Part shown: in pieces, positions 19,494 through 31,939 of the stretch
How the letters are laid out: each line of letters starts with the position of its first letter
Numbering within the stretch: the first letter of the stretch is position 1
Assembly: GCA_000004985.1 (NCBI GenBank)
Contig: GG738851.1
Length of the DNA stretch: 64,000 nucleotides
Reading direction: 5' to 3' (one strand)
Source of the DNA: Naegleria gruberi
Taxonomy: Eukaryota
Notes under the pieces: generated by a model
Seen by the model: only the letters and a program-made list of their open reading frames with translations
What the model was told of the DNA's origin: nothing
Database searches by the model: none
Position numbers and translations under genes: made by a program

Positions 19494-20796
19494 TTTGATG
19501 ATGATTTAAAAATTGATGATGAGTTTAATCGTTGTTGAATCTCAGGCAAGAAAAATTCCCTCTCAAAATTTTAATATTTTTTTTTGATGACTTGCTTGTT
19601 TTCCATCACAACTCGAAGGCTTGCTGATTGATGAATAAAAATCACCATCATCAGATTTTTCCAATCACCATTGAATTCTTTTGGTTATTAATGTTTGGAA
19701 AGAGGTAGTTTTGAGTGAATGGCTGATTGGAGGAGGCTTCTTGACAACATGTTGTCTACCTACAATGAGATTATCTTTGCTTTTGAGAATGAAATGGTTT
19801 AAATCAGGCTGGACCTCTCTGGGTTGACTTTGAAAAAATCAACACGAAAAAAAATTAAAAATTCTAAAATTTTGCATTTTCATTCAACAACTGCATATCC
19901 ATAATGAAGTTAGTGATGCATTATATCAAAATTGCAAGGGATGATCAAATTCTAAAAGATGCAGCAGCTTTTTTAGCCAAGCAGAGAAAACCAAGCTTGT
20001 CCAAAAAGAAGCAGTTTGCTCAACGGCGCTTGTTTTGATGGTGCGAGTTTTTCAATTCACCCAAAAAAAAACCACTCAAACCCTATCAGTCTGAACAAAC
20101 AAGTGTTGGAGCTTGTTGCTCTCTTTACTCTACTTATCCGACCCGAATATATTCATCATACCACCATCACTCTTTGAAAGAGAGCACACATTCTTGTAGT
20201 CATTGTGTATTCCGTATTACAACTTATCATCAAAGAGAGTTTTTTCCAGAATCCGCGCCCATTCTTTGCAAACTTACTTGGAGAATCCAAAAATAATCAT
20301 CACTGTAGAGCATTAAAGCAAAGAGAGCAGAAGAACACTTGATCTGTTAGAGTTCATAGAAGATCTTGCACAATTATCATCCAAAGTACTCCTCCGTTAT
20401 TTAAAGTAGTAGGTGCTGAGAGTGAATCACTACCCTGCTATTATTTCCAACATCAAGCGCTTGACTTGTTTCATATTTAAATTTTCATTACGTAAAAAAA
20501 AGCCAACATCGGCTTCCTTTGAATCCCAATCACCACCACGATCCTTTGTGTTGTTGGACAGCTGTTGCCTCTCACTATTTGCTGCTCCTTCATTCATTTC
20601 CTTACACTTCATTGTCCCCACTACTCATACATTCCTAAGCTTTTCCTACCCAAACCCTTGTATACAACATTGTACTCTAACAAGAACATTCAATTAATTG
20701 TACCATTTACTATTCATTCAACAAGCAATTAGAATACACCATTACTACTACAACTAATACCACCATCACTTGAATAACACCATCCGATAGTCAACA

Positions 20797-21411
20797 ATGG
20801 ACTTTTTTAAGAATACTCTAGACCTTCTGAAAAGAGACGATACCAAGCTTTTCAAGAATACCATCTCTCCTGCCTCACACAAGAGTTCTCCTGGTGTCAA
20901 TAGTTACAATGGAGAAACCACTTTACCAGTTTCTACTAATCCATTACCAATTTCCAATGGAACCAATGCTACTACAACTCCTAATCTCCCAACCACTTCC
21001 AATAATGGTAATAATGGATTGCCTTCTGTGAATGGAGTCCCAAAAAATCAACCTTCCACAACCACAACAACCAATTCAATCAATCCACCATCTCCAATCA
21101 CTTCCCCAAATACTAGTGAACAAGAATTATGGAAGTTGCTAGAAAAACAAAGACAACGTAAGTATTTTTCAATCAATTATACTAATAAGGAAAAAGTTCG
21201 TAAACAACGAAAACCTCAACCCTCTTCTACAGTTCCTCTCTCAAACATTCCCAATATGACTAGTCAGAATCCTCAACAAATTAAACCAGCCAATCCTTCA
21301 GTGAAGAGAAAGATTGGAGGAGGTGGTTTAATTCAACAAGTTAATGTAAATAATGGACCAACAGTCAAGAATCAACAGCCACCAAAGAAGATAAAAACAG
21401 ATATACGTTAA
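20797..21411 (+). CDS. Hypothetical Ser/Thr/Asn/Pro-rich protein (204 aa) with basic C-terminus
   Basis: ATG-initiated ORF preceded by a ~400-nt CT-rich leader. Low-complexity sequence. KRK/KKIK basic patches (possible NLS). No conserved domain recognised. Confidence 0.35.
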   Translation: MDFFKNTLDLLKRDDTKLFKNTISPASHKSSPGVNSYNGETTLPVSTNPLPISNGTNATTTPNLPTTSNNGNNGLPSVNGVPKNQPSTTTTTNSINPPSPITSPNTSEQELWKLLEKQRQRKYFSINYTNKEKVRKQRKPQPSSTVPLSNIPNMTSQNPQQIKPANPSVKRKIGGGGLIQQVNVNNGPTVKNQQPPKKIKTDIR

Positions 21412-21669
21412 GTTTGAAGCCTTATTCCATTTCAACGTGTTTAGGAATATTGGATAACACTATCAGAAGACCATTAATACTACTACAACTATTCAGGTAG
21501 TACCATACAATAGTCTTTGATTAAGGATAAATCGAGTGAGATCACTCGATTAACATAGATGCAATTCTAACTTGATCACTGAAGAGAAGTTCTTGTATCG
21601 TCCACATACGAAACAAGATCATTCAATAATAGTTGTTTTGATCACATTTCAATAAATAATTTCTAGGCT

Positions 21670-23351
21670 TTATTTGAGGCACATTCTAAGAGCAAATGCA
21701 TAAGCATGTGTCAAGGGTACCAAAGAACTGAACCAACTGTAATGACCAAGATAAGGTGAAAATGAAACAATTGTACAATTGACGAAAAGGAGTACAATAA
21801 AAATAAGGAACCAAATGTAAACTTCACCATCGTGTGGGAATACATATGAATTTTCCCTCAATGCCTTTAAAAAGTAGTGCAATACTACAAAGAACATAAT
21901 AATAAAGAACAACTCCAAAGGTATGGCTGAATACATGAGATAAAAACTGCTTGTTGTAAATTCGAGTCCAAATCCTAGCAAGATCACAAATGATTCCAAT
22001 AAAAATACAAGAAAATTGATACCAAAAGCATACCACAAAGTTAGTGGAGCTTTTGATCGATTCTCCTTAATAATACCAGTCGTAATGAAACATGTAGCTA
22101 TTGGAGCAGCAAAGCAAATTACCAAAACGTACAAGAATGGTACAATCAATACATAAAACCACGAGTAGGTATAAGTCCTAGAGGGAATTCCATCATGCAC
22201 GGGATTTTCAGTGAATGGTAACAAAACATTGACAAGGGCAAGAATGGCAATTATCATGAATGAAGCAACACCACCCATCGATAACAGAGCCGCGATCCAA
22301 AATCCTTCTCTAAATTCCTTCTCCTTCAAACAATCCAAAGTAATAAAGAATAGACCAGCAATTAAACAAATAGCAAACACAAACCACAAAGGTATGAATG
22401 AAAAAACTTGCCATCTCACACCAATAGCATTGTAAACCAATTGATCGACAGCATCTGTTATACCAGTCATGATAAAAAAGAGCAGGAATGAAAAATACAG
22501 AACTGATGAAGCACCAATAATAAATCTCCTAGTATTTGCTCTAAATTTCTCATGATATTTGGCCATAAATTCTCTAATTTTCTTTTCCTTTGCAATTCTT
22601 CTTCTTTCCTTATCTTGTTTCTTACCATGTTTAATGTGAAGTCCTCTCAAAGTTCCCACACTGATAATCTTGTTATCATTGTCAAATGTAACATAATCCT
22701 CCACTTTAATTATTTCAATAAATCCAAAAATTCAAAAATCAACAAACCTTTTGGTGGATGAGGTGGAGGTGGAATTGGTTTTCCATAAGGTTTCATATAA
22801 CTAATTCTCGTTCTCTCGCTCACATAGTAATTAATTTGTTCCGAATAAATCTTTTTAAACAGTTCAACACAATTCGAATACCACAACAAGTCATGCTTTG
22901 ATGATTCGTACCAATCTCTATTTACAAGTGAGGCCTCACTCAATGTTTTTTGATCTAGCCAGAGGAACATTTCTACCAAAACTTCTCCTGGAATATTATT
23001 CCATGTGTAATTTACATGAAATCCCGACAATATATTATCAGAATCGTTATTTTTCGAATGATTTGATCGAATGACAACTGAATTGTCCTTTCCAGTTGCT
23101 GATGGTGATTGAACAGCAACTACTACAGCATTATTTGAAATGGAAGCAGAAGGAGATGTTGAATTCATCATCTGCTGCTGCTCTTGTTGATTATCCAATC
23201 CGAGTGTTATCTGTTGATTATCAACAGCATCCTTATTTTCTTGTCCTTCTTCACCATCCATTTGTGGTGGTGCATTATCCTTCTGACTTTCCAAATCAAC
23301 AAATTGATCATCGGAAGTCATCTTGTCTAAAAAACCCAAATAATCAACCAA
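21670..23351 (-). CDS. F-box-like domain fused to a polytopic (about 8 TM) membrane domain; join(23351..22748, 22703..21670)
   Basis: The upstream ORF (22710..23351) carries an F-box-like segment (IPGEVLVEMFLWLDQKTLSEASLVNRDWYE). It ends ...PPPPHPPKG, followed by a GTTTGT donor. A 44-nt intron (22747..22704, ending AG) joins in frame (K-V-EDYVTFDND) to the downstream ORF. That ORF encodes many hydrophobic helices (FIIGASSVLYFSFLLFFIMTGI, FVFAICLIAGLFFITL, FMIIAILALVNVLL, ...). Confidence 0.55.
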
Positions 23352-23681
23352 TTAATTAAAATACAAAATTTCAAACTCTTCCGAATACTCTCTGATATTC
23401 CTACTCTTGATTTTTAGCAACGTGATGAGTGCCAGCAATTGTGTTATTTTTTTTCTGTTGCTTTTCGTTTGGGTATGAACTTTTGGCGAACACTAACATG
23501 TAGTTCCGAGTTCTGTTATTTTGTAAGGCAAGGCAGAGAGTTTGGAAGATGAAAAACTGGGGAGTGAATGGTAAGGGGTGAATGGACAGGATTGGATGGA
23601 ATGGATCGATTGGGTGCTATTGTGAAAATTTGAAATGAATTGAATGGACGGTTAGTGAAGGAATGGGTAGTGAGCTAGAGT

Positions 23682-26600
23682 TTATTTTTTGATACCATAA
23701 CCACCTCCACCTGGTGTTTGAATAATGACACAATCTCCTGGTTCGACCTTGAAAGAGTTCTTTCCTCCTAGAGAGTGAATGAGACCTCTCTTGAGAATGA
23801 GTAAATTCTTTCCTTTTTGTCCATCTTTTCCACCTCTACAACCAGATGGTGAGAAGACTCTTCTCTCTGAGAGAATTCCAACTTGAAGTGGTTCAAGGAA
23901 TTCAACTTCTCTCACAACGCCATTTCCTCCTCTGAATTCTCCTTCACCTCCTGAATTTGGTCTCACGCTGAACTGTTTCAGAATGAGCGGATATCTTCTT
24001 TCGAGAATTTCAACATCGGTAATTCTGGTATTGGTCATGTGGGTGTGAACAGAGTCTTCTCCTTGATAGTCCTTTCCAGCTCCAACACCTCCACAAATAG
24101 TTTCATAATAGCCCCATGATTCATTACCGAATGTGAAATTATTCATGCATCCTTGACTACAGGCAGCTGCTGAGAATGCCTTAAGAATAACATCGGTCAC
24201 TCTTTGTGAGGTCAATACGTTACCTGCTACTACACCGACGATACCATCTTCACCAATATCTAAAAGTGAGTGTTTTTCAATCTTGATTGAGATTGGTTCC
24301 AGACATCCTTGATTGAGAGGAATGTCCTGTTTGACAAGACATCTCAAGCTGTACAAAATTGCAGAAATAGTAATGGCCTTTGGTGCACTAATTGACAAAT
24401 AGTTAGAATAATTGAAAAATTGATAGAGAATACTTACTTGGTATTACCTAAAAAATTTCAATTTCATGTAATATTCCAATAGTTAGTTCAATAAAAATTA
24501 AGAGCTTGGGTTAAAATAATATAATAATAAGCTACAAACCCAACATCATTTCTGAAGTTCCTGTGAAATCAAAGATTGCAACATGTTGCTTTTCAGAGCC
24601 GTTTCTAAAGTTTTCATGTTTTTGATTTTTGATTGTCAAATGCAAGTTGATTATTGATCCGTCATCCATAAAATCTTGGGAATGCAAGTCAATGCTGGCA
24701 GCATTCTTATCTTGTGAGTGTTCCTCAAATACTTGTTGCAACATTTCCTTGACTGCGTATTCTGCATTGTCCTGAACATATTGCATATAGCTTTGGACAA
24801 CTTCTAATGAATATTCATTGATGAGTTCTTGCAAAAGTGAAATACCTTTAGTATTAGAAGCAACTTGAGCTTTCATATCTGAAATATTATCCTTTATGGC
24901 TCTGGCACCTGCTTCTTTCAATAAATTTGTAATTCTCTCTTCTTGGAATTCACCATTTTCTACTAATTTACATGAAACAATTGCCATACCCTCCTCAGAT
25001 AGCAATCTACTGAATGGAGGCATTGAACCTGGCTGAATACCACCAATGTCAGCATGATGTCCACGATTGGCAACATAGAAAGCTACTTTTCCATTTGAAT
25101 ATACAGGAGTTATTACGGTAATGTCAGGCAAATGGGTGCCTCCAGCACAAGGGTGATTGGCTACAATTACCTCGCCTTCCTTCCAACTATCTCCCAGAGT
25201 TCTAATTTGATATCGAACTGCCTCACTCATTGAACCCAAGTGAACAGGCAAGTGTGGAGCATTGGCAAGGAGAGAACCATCTGGAGAGAAGAGAGCACAT
25301 GAAAAATCGAGTCTTTCCTTAATATTGGTTGAAGTTGATGTTCTTTGGAGGGATCTACCCATTTGTTCAGCAATACTCATGAAACGATGATTGAAAATAC
25401 TCAACCTAACAGCATCAACCTTCTTCAATTCATTCACATTGATTTCTTGTGTCTTTGTTGAGGAGAGAGTAATTTCCACATCACCATACTTGGTAATTAG
25501 AGCTGTTCCATGTGGTTCAACAACAATTGTAGTTGTGTCGTGAATAATAATAGCAGGGCCGTGAACCTTATCTCCAGCAGCCAAATGTTGCAAATCATAG
25601 ACAGCTGTCTCAGTCCAACCTTGTTCAAAGTATGTCTTGGTTGAGGTAATTGGTTTTGGCTCAGACTTAGATGAAGCAATTTCAATCTTACTGATGGATG
25701 GTGTAATACCAATACCTCTCACTCTAATATCATCGACAATGATTGGTCTTCCAACAACAGTAAATCCATATTCTCTCTTGTAGGATTTTTCAAATTCAGA
25801 TCTGTAATCTCCTCCAAGGATTGAATCTTGTTGCTTGGCCTCCTCTGGAACAGATGTCATGATTGAATAGTCGGTTCCCTTATACTTGAGATTGAGATAA
25901 TGTACAATTTTGATGTTGGAGTTGTCAAATCCAGAGTTTTTCAATCTCTCAACAACTCTTCCCTCGATTTCTTTCAATCTGTTGGAGAAGTATCCGAAAT
26001 TTTCCTCAGCATATTCTGCAGTACTTGGCTCTTGTTCATCCAAAACAACATCAGCAAGTCCCAACCCATAAGCACTCAAAATACCAGATTGTCTTGGAAT
26101 GAAAACCTTTTTCATACCTAAATTATTGGCAATAGCTTGAGCATGTTGTGAACCAGCTCCACCAAATGAACACAAAGTATGATCACGAGTATCATAACCT
26201 TTAGAAACTGTAATGGAACGAATTGGTCTTGACATGGCCTCGTTGGCAACTTGAATGAAACCATAGGCAACTTCTTCTGTTGTTTTGAGTTTGGCATTTT
26301 GTGGATCTCTCTTCAATTCAAAATCATTGACTTGTTTGGTCAATTCTTCGAATGCAAGTTTGGTGGCTTCATAATCGAGTGGTTGATCTTCAGTTTCACC
26401 AAAAATTTTTGGGAAGAATTCTGGTAATAATCTTCCAAGGAATAAGTTGGCATCAGTAATGGCCAAATGTTTGATTGGGAATGATCCTTGCTTTCTATAA
26501 CAGACTGGACCAGGATTAGCTCCAACAGAACTTGGACCAACTATTTCACAATTAAGAATGCTATTCGTGAAAATACATACCTTCAAAGATACCTGTCTTT

Positions 26601-27951
26601 TGGTTGAATGTCAATTTGGAGCCACCTCCAGCAGCAACTGTTGTGATATCCAGTTGAGGTGCTTGAATTTGAACTCCTGCAGTTTCAGTTTCAAAAACCA
26701 AATCAAATTTTCCTCCAAATCTTGATACATCAGTAGATGTTCCACCAATATCAATTCCAATAATTGGGATTTTATCATCTGGATTGTAGGATGTTGATGC
26801 AATAGCAACGATTCCACCAGCTGGTCCTGATAATATGGCATTACATCCCTTAAAATCTGAAGCAGGTGTAAGACCGCCATTCGATTGCATGAATGTGACA
26901 CGTTTCAACAACTTATCAAAATCTGAAAATCCAGAACAAAAGTTTCTAACATAATCCCTAATAATTGGGCTCAAATAAGCATCAACGCAAGTAGTGTGAC
27001 CTCTTGGAACTGCTCTAATCATTGGCATGGCTTGATGAGAGAGTGAAATATTTTCAATTCCAGCTCTCTTTGCAATTTCAGCAATTTGAAGTTCATGATC
27101 AGCAAATGTATACGAATGCAATAAAACTACAGCAATGCTATTAATTCCACTTTCTTTCAACTCTTTACAAGTATTATAAACAAATTCTTCATCCACAGTA
27201 TTTCTAATAAAAACTTCCTCTCCTGAAATACCCTTCTTTAATCTTTGATTTCTCCATTCTTCAGTAGAAAGTTGAGATCCTTCTGGTTCTTGGAATTTCT
27301 TACATTTTCCATAAACTTGCTCTGTGAGACAAACTCTTTCATCCACCTCAATCACTCTTTCATATAAAAGTGAAGGTTTTCTAATAAATAATTCGAAAAT
27401 CTTTGGACGTGCCTGATGTCCAATTTTAAGCAAATCACGAAATCCTTTCGTTGTAATCAAGGCACATCTAGATCCCTTTCTTTCTAGCAAGGCATTAGTA
27501 GCCACAGTGGTTCCCATTCTAATATATTCAATGTTATCAATATCAATTTCTTTAGCATCCTTCATTTGAAGTCCCAAAACTTTGTTCATTATTCTCTTAA
27601 TTCCTGAAATAATTTCATCACAAATGCAATTTAAATATTAATATTCAATATTATTACAAAAATATTAATCATAATATTACCTTCTCTCGGAGCATCATTA
27701 TAATGTTGTGGATCTTCACTCAATAACTTCATAACCACATAGGGTTGATAATTGTTATGAATTGTCTTGGGAACCTCTTCATCATCATGACGATCATCAT
27801 CGGAATTAAAAATCAAAAAAAAAATTAAATAATTCGTGATGCTGATGAAAACACAAACCTGCATAAATATCACAAAAGGTTCCTCCACGATCAATGGAAA
27901 ATCTGAATAATTGATTGGAAGCAGATCCACTACATTCGGAATTGTTGGACA
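23682..27951 (-). CDS. OPLAH: 5-oxoprolinase (ATP-hydrolysing), hydantoinase A/B family; join(27951..27859, 27776..27671, 27603..26581, 26540..24540, 24447..24438, 24387..23682)
   Basis: Exon 1 reads [31 protein letters not shown]. Exon 2 reads [33 protein letters not shown]. Exon 3 (hydantoinase A) reads [10 protein letters not shown]...[32 protein letters not shown]... Exon 4 reads [19 protein letters not shown]... plus the hydantoinase B region ([17 protein letters not shown]..., [12 protein letters not shown]). Then comes a 10-nt micro-exon GTAATACCAA, then exon 6 reading [30 protein letters not shown]...CMNNFTFGN...PGGGGYG. Introns are 82, 67, 40, 92 and 50 nt with GTTTGT, GTAATA, GTATGT, GTTTGT and GTAAGT donors. 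The order and spacing of conserved blocks follow metazoan 5-oxoprolinase throughout. Confidence 0.85.
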
Positions 27952-28256
27952 TTTTTTTTTGATTAGTAATTTGAACGCACGCTCTTATTCGAATTATTAT
28001 TGTAATATTACAATTAAGATGTTCTGTAAGCTAATACAAAGAAAATGTTGTTGTAAACATCAAGCCTGTTTGAATGATTTCCAAGGCCACTATAACTCAA
28101 CCTTTTCCAACCAAAGAAGAAGAATCATTGACCTTGTTTCTTCAACTTTGAAAATTACTGGTTTAACTTGAGGATCTGGTATTAACTAGTGATGATGCCG
28201 TATCATAAACGATAACATTTCAAAGTTCCAAACGACAATGTTCATTACAAAAAAAA

Positions 28257-29399
28257 ATGTCTGATAGTGATAGGCCAGTTGCTTGTGTTGATATGGGTTC
28301 TTTGAACATTAGAGTAGGATGGGCAGGTGATGATTCTCCCCAAATAACCACTCGATCACTCATCGGATATCCAAAATACAAACCAGCAATGTTTGCCTCT
28401 GGACAAAAATATTCCTACATTGGTGATGAAGCAATTTCCAAGAGGGGAGTTTTATCTTATCGTCCAGTGATGCATCACGGAGAGAATGTTGATTGGGATC
28501 ATATGGAAATGCTATGGACGTACTTGTTTGAAAATGAGTTACGGGTTGGAATGAAAGATTTGTCCATTGTGAGTGCTGATGCAGTGCTTGGATGTCATAG
28601 TAGGAGGGAAAAGACAGCTCAGATTCTATTCGAAAATTTCAATGTTAGAGAGTGGTATTGTGGATTGGCTCCTGTGATGGCTTTGTATGGAACTGCAACA
28701 CCAAGTGGTTTGTCTGTTTGTATTGGAGATGGAGTGACACAATTAATTCCAATTGTTGGAGGGAGTGTTGTTTTGGAATCTGCAAAAAGAATTAATTTTG
28801 GAGGACGAAACATTACAAAATATCTGAACGAGTTGGTCATTTCTCGTGGCTATTATTTTGAAAATTCCAGTACTGAGCAGGATATTATCAGAGATGTCAA
28901 GGAAAAGTTCAGTTACACTACTATGGACTATTGGAGTGCATGTCAACAGGTAGTACAATATGGATCGAAGGTCAAGGAATACTTACTACCAGATGGAAAT
29001 GTACTCTCTTTTGGAAAGGAGCTATTTCAGTGTAATGAGGCATGGTTTGATCCAACTCTTGTTCAAAAGGAATATCCAGGTATTCATCAAATGATATATA
29101 ATTGTGTGGAATCGATGGACATTGATAACAAAAGAGAAATGTATGAGAATATTGTTTTGAGTGGAGCTGCCACTTTAACTGAAGGTTTCTGTCAAAGATT
29201 ACAATATGAGGTGCAACAATTAATTCCAGAAAGTGTCACGTGTAGAGTTGTTGCTGGAAACGAGCGACACAACAATGTATGGCTAGGATGCTCAGTGCTA
29301 GGAAGCATGACCAATTATTTATATGGAATGACCATGAAAAGTGAAGAATACGACGAGAATGGACCATCATGGGTCCACAGAAAATTTATGGATGCATAA
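28257..29399 (+). CDS. Actin-related protein (divergent Arp, subtype unresolved)
   Basis: 380-aa single-exon ORF with the actin fold landmarks: VDMGSLNIRVGWAGDDSPQ (phosphate-1 loop), SYIGDEAISKRGVLSYRP, KTAQILFENFNV, CIGDGVTQLIPIVGG (phosphate-2) and VLSGAATLTEGFCQRLQYEV. Confidence 0.75.
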   Translation: MSDSDRPVACVDMGSLNIRVGWAGDDSPQITTRSLIGYPKYKPAMFASGQKYSYIGDEAISKRGVLSYRPVMHHGENVDWDHMEMLWTYLFENELRVGMKDLSIVSADAVLGCHSRREKTAQILFENFNVREWYCGLAPVMALYGTATPSGLSVCIGDGVTQLIPIVGGSVVLESAKRINFGGRNITKYLNELVISRGYYFENSSTEQDIIRDVKEKFSYTTMDYWSACQQVVQYGSKVKEYLLPDGNVLSFGKELFQCNEAWFDPTLVQKEYPGIHQMIYNCVESMDIDNKREMYENIVLSGAATLTEGFCQRLQYEVQQLIPESVTCRVVAGNERHNNVWLGCSVLGSMTNYLYGMTMKSEEYDENGPSWVHRKFMDA

Positions 29400-30030
29400 A
29401 TGATCATGAATACAAATCAATCTTATCAAATCATAGAATAACTGTTGTAGGTGGGTCGAAGTACAGCTCATATACATTTCCAGTTCTCATAAATCAGCAT
29501 GAAATCCATTAAGTTGAATGACATTAAGGCCCAATCAATATTGAAATGAAATTTGAAAAGATTCACATCTTTAAGCATGCTGAATTTTTACCACATTCCT
29601 TATATGATAATCAATTCCAAATTGAGAATATCAAAATCAAGGTCCATCAAAATGAACCATGGATTTTATTGACCACCACCCTTAATCCAAGTTTGAATCA
29701 TATTGAAATGACGCAAACTGAGGAATATGATGGAACCAACAATCAAGGAGTTAAGGCAAGATTTTGGAAATTGGAATGTTCAGATTGCCCTATCTCCATA
29801 TATACCAATTGAAACCAAGTACAAGACAATTATTCATCAGCGCAACAAGAAAAGCCAATTGACGAAAGTAGATTACTTGATTATGCTTAATATATTAAAA
29901 TAAATTGTAAGGATGTAGTCAACGATAAGGAATTTGTAACTCCAAAACCAATTTACCCATCAATAAGAAAGTTTCATTCTAAATAAATTACATTGTTATT
30001 ATTTGATGAATAATGTATTTACGACTGAGC

Positions 30031-31788
30031 TCAATTATTTTGGTAACATGTATCTAGACGTTGAATATCATCTGCAGTATAATCCAACTCTATCAAGGTA
30101 TCAAATCGTTCCTGTTCAGAGAACTTGGATAAATATTCGTACAATGGCTTTTCCATAGCCCTTTTGGAAGCATCCTTGAAAATTGGGAAGCAAGCTTTAC
30201 AAAAAGCAACAAGTTCTTCATCTAAAATTGTTAAAGTTAGAGTTCTATCCTCAAGCATGTTGATGGTATTTTCAGGGAATCCTAAACGATGTCCATATGA
30301 GAATAATTCTAACAAGTTACTTTCGTCCAATTGCTCAAACCTGGCAGAATAGATAAAATTACACAATTCTTGAACTACTGAAAAGTTGCATCCTTGAATT
30401 TCAAGTGTTGGAATATCTTCATGGAGAGCTGATTCTTTCATTCTTTCAGTTTCATCAAAATTAGAGTTGAGCAATACATTGAAAAACATTGATCTTTCTG
30501 AGAGGAAGTGTTTGTGGCATAATATAGCTTCTGTGGATTCAACAAAGAAAACCTCTTCCAGATAATTCTTAATTTTGATCTGAACATCACATAAACTTCG
30601 TTGTAATCTTTCAAACTTTGAAATGGCCTCATAGTTATTGTGGAATATACATCCTTTCAAGTCGTTTTTGAATTGTGAATCTGATTCCTTCATTGCAACT
30701 TTGATATCTTTTGTTAAATAATCCTTAAACATGTCCACAAGAGTATACATTTTCAAAGTTTCCATCCAATCACAATATTCTGTTCTTTGAACAAAAACTC
30801 CCAAATTTTCTAATTTCATAAACTTTTTTTGGTTTTCAGTCTTCAGCAAACAACCAGTATAAATCCATACCATTAAATTATCAAATTGACTTTTGGTCAA
30901 TCCAACTTGTCCCAAATCAACAACTTGCAATTCCTCTCTCTTTAAAAATTCCCTAATTTCTCTATCACTATCTGGAATTAAATTCTCAATTGCTTGCAAG
31001 TCATCCTGAGGTCTTTGATAATTTTTCTTTTCATTGGCAATTTCCATTTGTTTCTTAATTTCCTTAATTTTCTTATTGTAAACATCCACCATCAATACTT
31101 CCTTATTCATCGAATCAAAATATTTCTTAATTTCTCTATTTGTTTTCAAATCAACAACTTTCAAATCTTCACTTGTCAAAATGGTGCTCACTTTCATTGG
31201 AATAGGTCTTTCCTTATTCACCAAAGCAAAATACAAGAGCATTGGCCATCTCTTCAAAATAATCCACCAATTACAATAGTAAATAGTATCTTCCTCATCT
31301 TTTCCAAATCTAATTCTAATAGTCAAATCACATTCATCTGGTTTCTCAGTTCCATAAATCACTCTCTTGGCCATTTTCATCATGAATGGATCCAACGATT
31401 TGAACTGATCTTGCTCATACATTTGCTCAATTTCTTCATCTTCCTCTTCTTCAGTTTTCTTTTGTGCTTTCTTTACTTGTGTTGGTCCTCCATACTTATT
31501 ATAAACCTTCAATAAATGTCTCACTGGCAACGACAAGGCATTCCAATAGCAACGAGCAAACTTATCATCACGAGCCCCCAAATCCGACAAATACTTGACC
31601 ACCTGTAAATGTCCACACAAACAAGCATAATAGAGAGGTGTATTTCCATACCTATCGGGTCTATCCAAGTCTGATGTTTTAATAATGGATCGAATCTTGT
31701 TCAAATCGCCCACTTTACAAAATGAATAGATATCACTCATGGGAGAGAGAGGTGAACCCAAACCACTGGTTTTGTGTTGTTGAAGCAT
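30031..31788 (-). CDS. Ankyrin-repeat plus BTB/POZ domain protein
   Basis: N-terminal ankyrin repeats (DRYGNTPLYYACLCGHLQVVKYLSDLGA). A BTB-like block (ILCHKHFLSERSMFFNVLLNSNFDETERMKESALHEDIPTLEIQGCNFSVVQELCNFIYSARFE). ATG at 31788. 585-aa single ORF. Confidence 0.7.
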   Translation of the reverse strand: MLQQHKTSGLGSPLSPMSDIYSFCKVGDLNKIRSIIKTSDLDRPDRYGNTPLYYACLCGHLQVVKYLSDLGARDDKFARCYWNALSLPVRHLLKVYNKYGGPTQVKKAQKKTEEEEDEEIEQMYEQDQFKSLDPFMMKMAKRVIYGTEKPDECDLTIRIRFGKDEEDTIYYCNWWIILKRWPMLLYFALVNKERPIPMKVSTILTSEDLKVVDLKTNREIKKYFDSMNKEVLMVDVYNKKIKEIKKQMEIANEKKNYQRPQDDLQAIENLIPDSDREIREFLKREELQVVDLGQVGLTKSQFDNLMVWIYTGCLLKTENQKKFMKLENLGVFVQRTEYCDWMETLKMYTLVDMFKDYLTKDIKVAMKESDSQFKNDLKGCIFHNNYEAISKFERLQRSLCDVQIKIKNYLEEVFFVESTEAILCHKHFLSERSMFFNVLLNSNFDETERMKESALHEDIPTLEIQGCNFSVVQELCNFIYSARFEQLDESNLLELFSYGHRLGFPENTINMLEDRTLTLTILDEELVAFCKACFPIFKDASKRAMEKPLYEYLSKFSEQERFDTLIELDYTADDIQRLDTCYQNN

Positions 31789-31939
31789 TTTTTTTGAAAG
31801 TTTTGTGAACTTGGTGTTTTTTTGGATTTGCAGGCACAGTTGTAGAATTGAAGTTTAAGATTTTTGTAAAGTATATAATATTATTGCAATATTAGAAGGA
31901 ATTTGTAAAGATTATTTAAAGATAAATTTCGATAAAAAA

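Noticed and set aside
26561-26580. A 20-nt GTATGT...AG segment between the 342-aa and 684-aa OPLAH ORFs, considered as an intron
   Set aside because: Too short for a spliceosomal intron. Using the AG 20 nt further on gives a 40-nt intron, consistent with the others, and restores the conserved [16 protein letters not shown] junction.
29546-29812. 88-aa ORF downstream of the Arp gene. Similarly 38575..38973 and 38907..39321 in the 38.4-39.1 kb gap, and 1322..1534.
   Set aside because: These ORFs are ATG-initiated but have no motif, biased composition or neighbouring splice signals, so they are left unannotated. They could be small genes, but the sequence alone does not support them.
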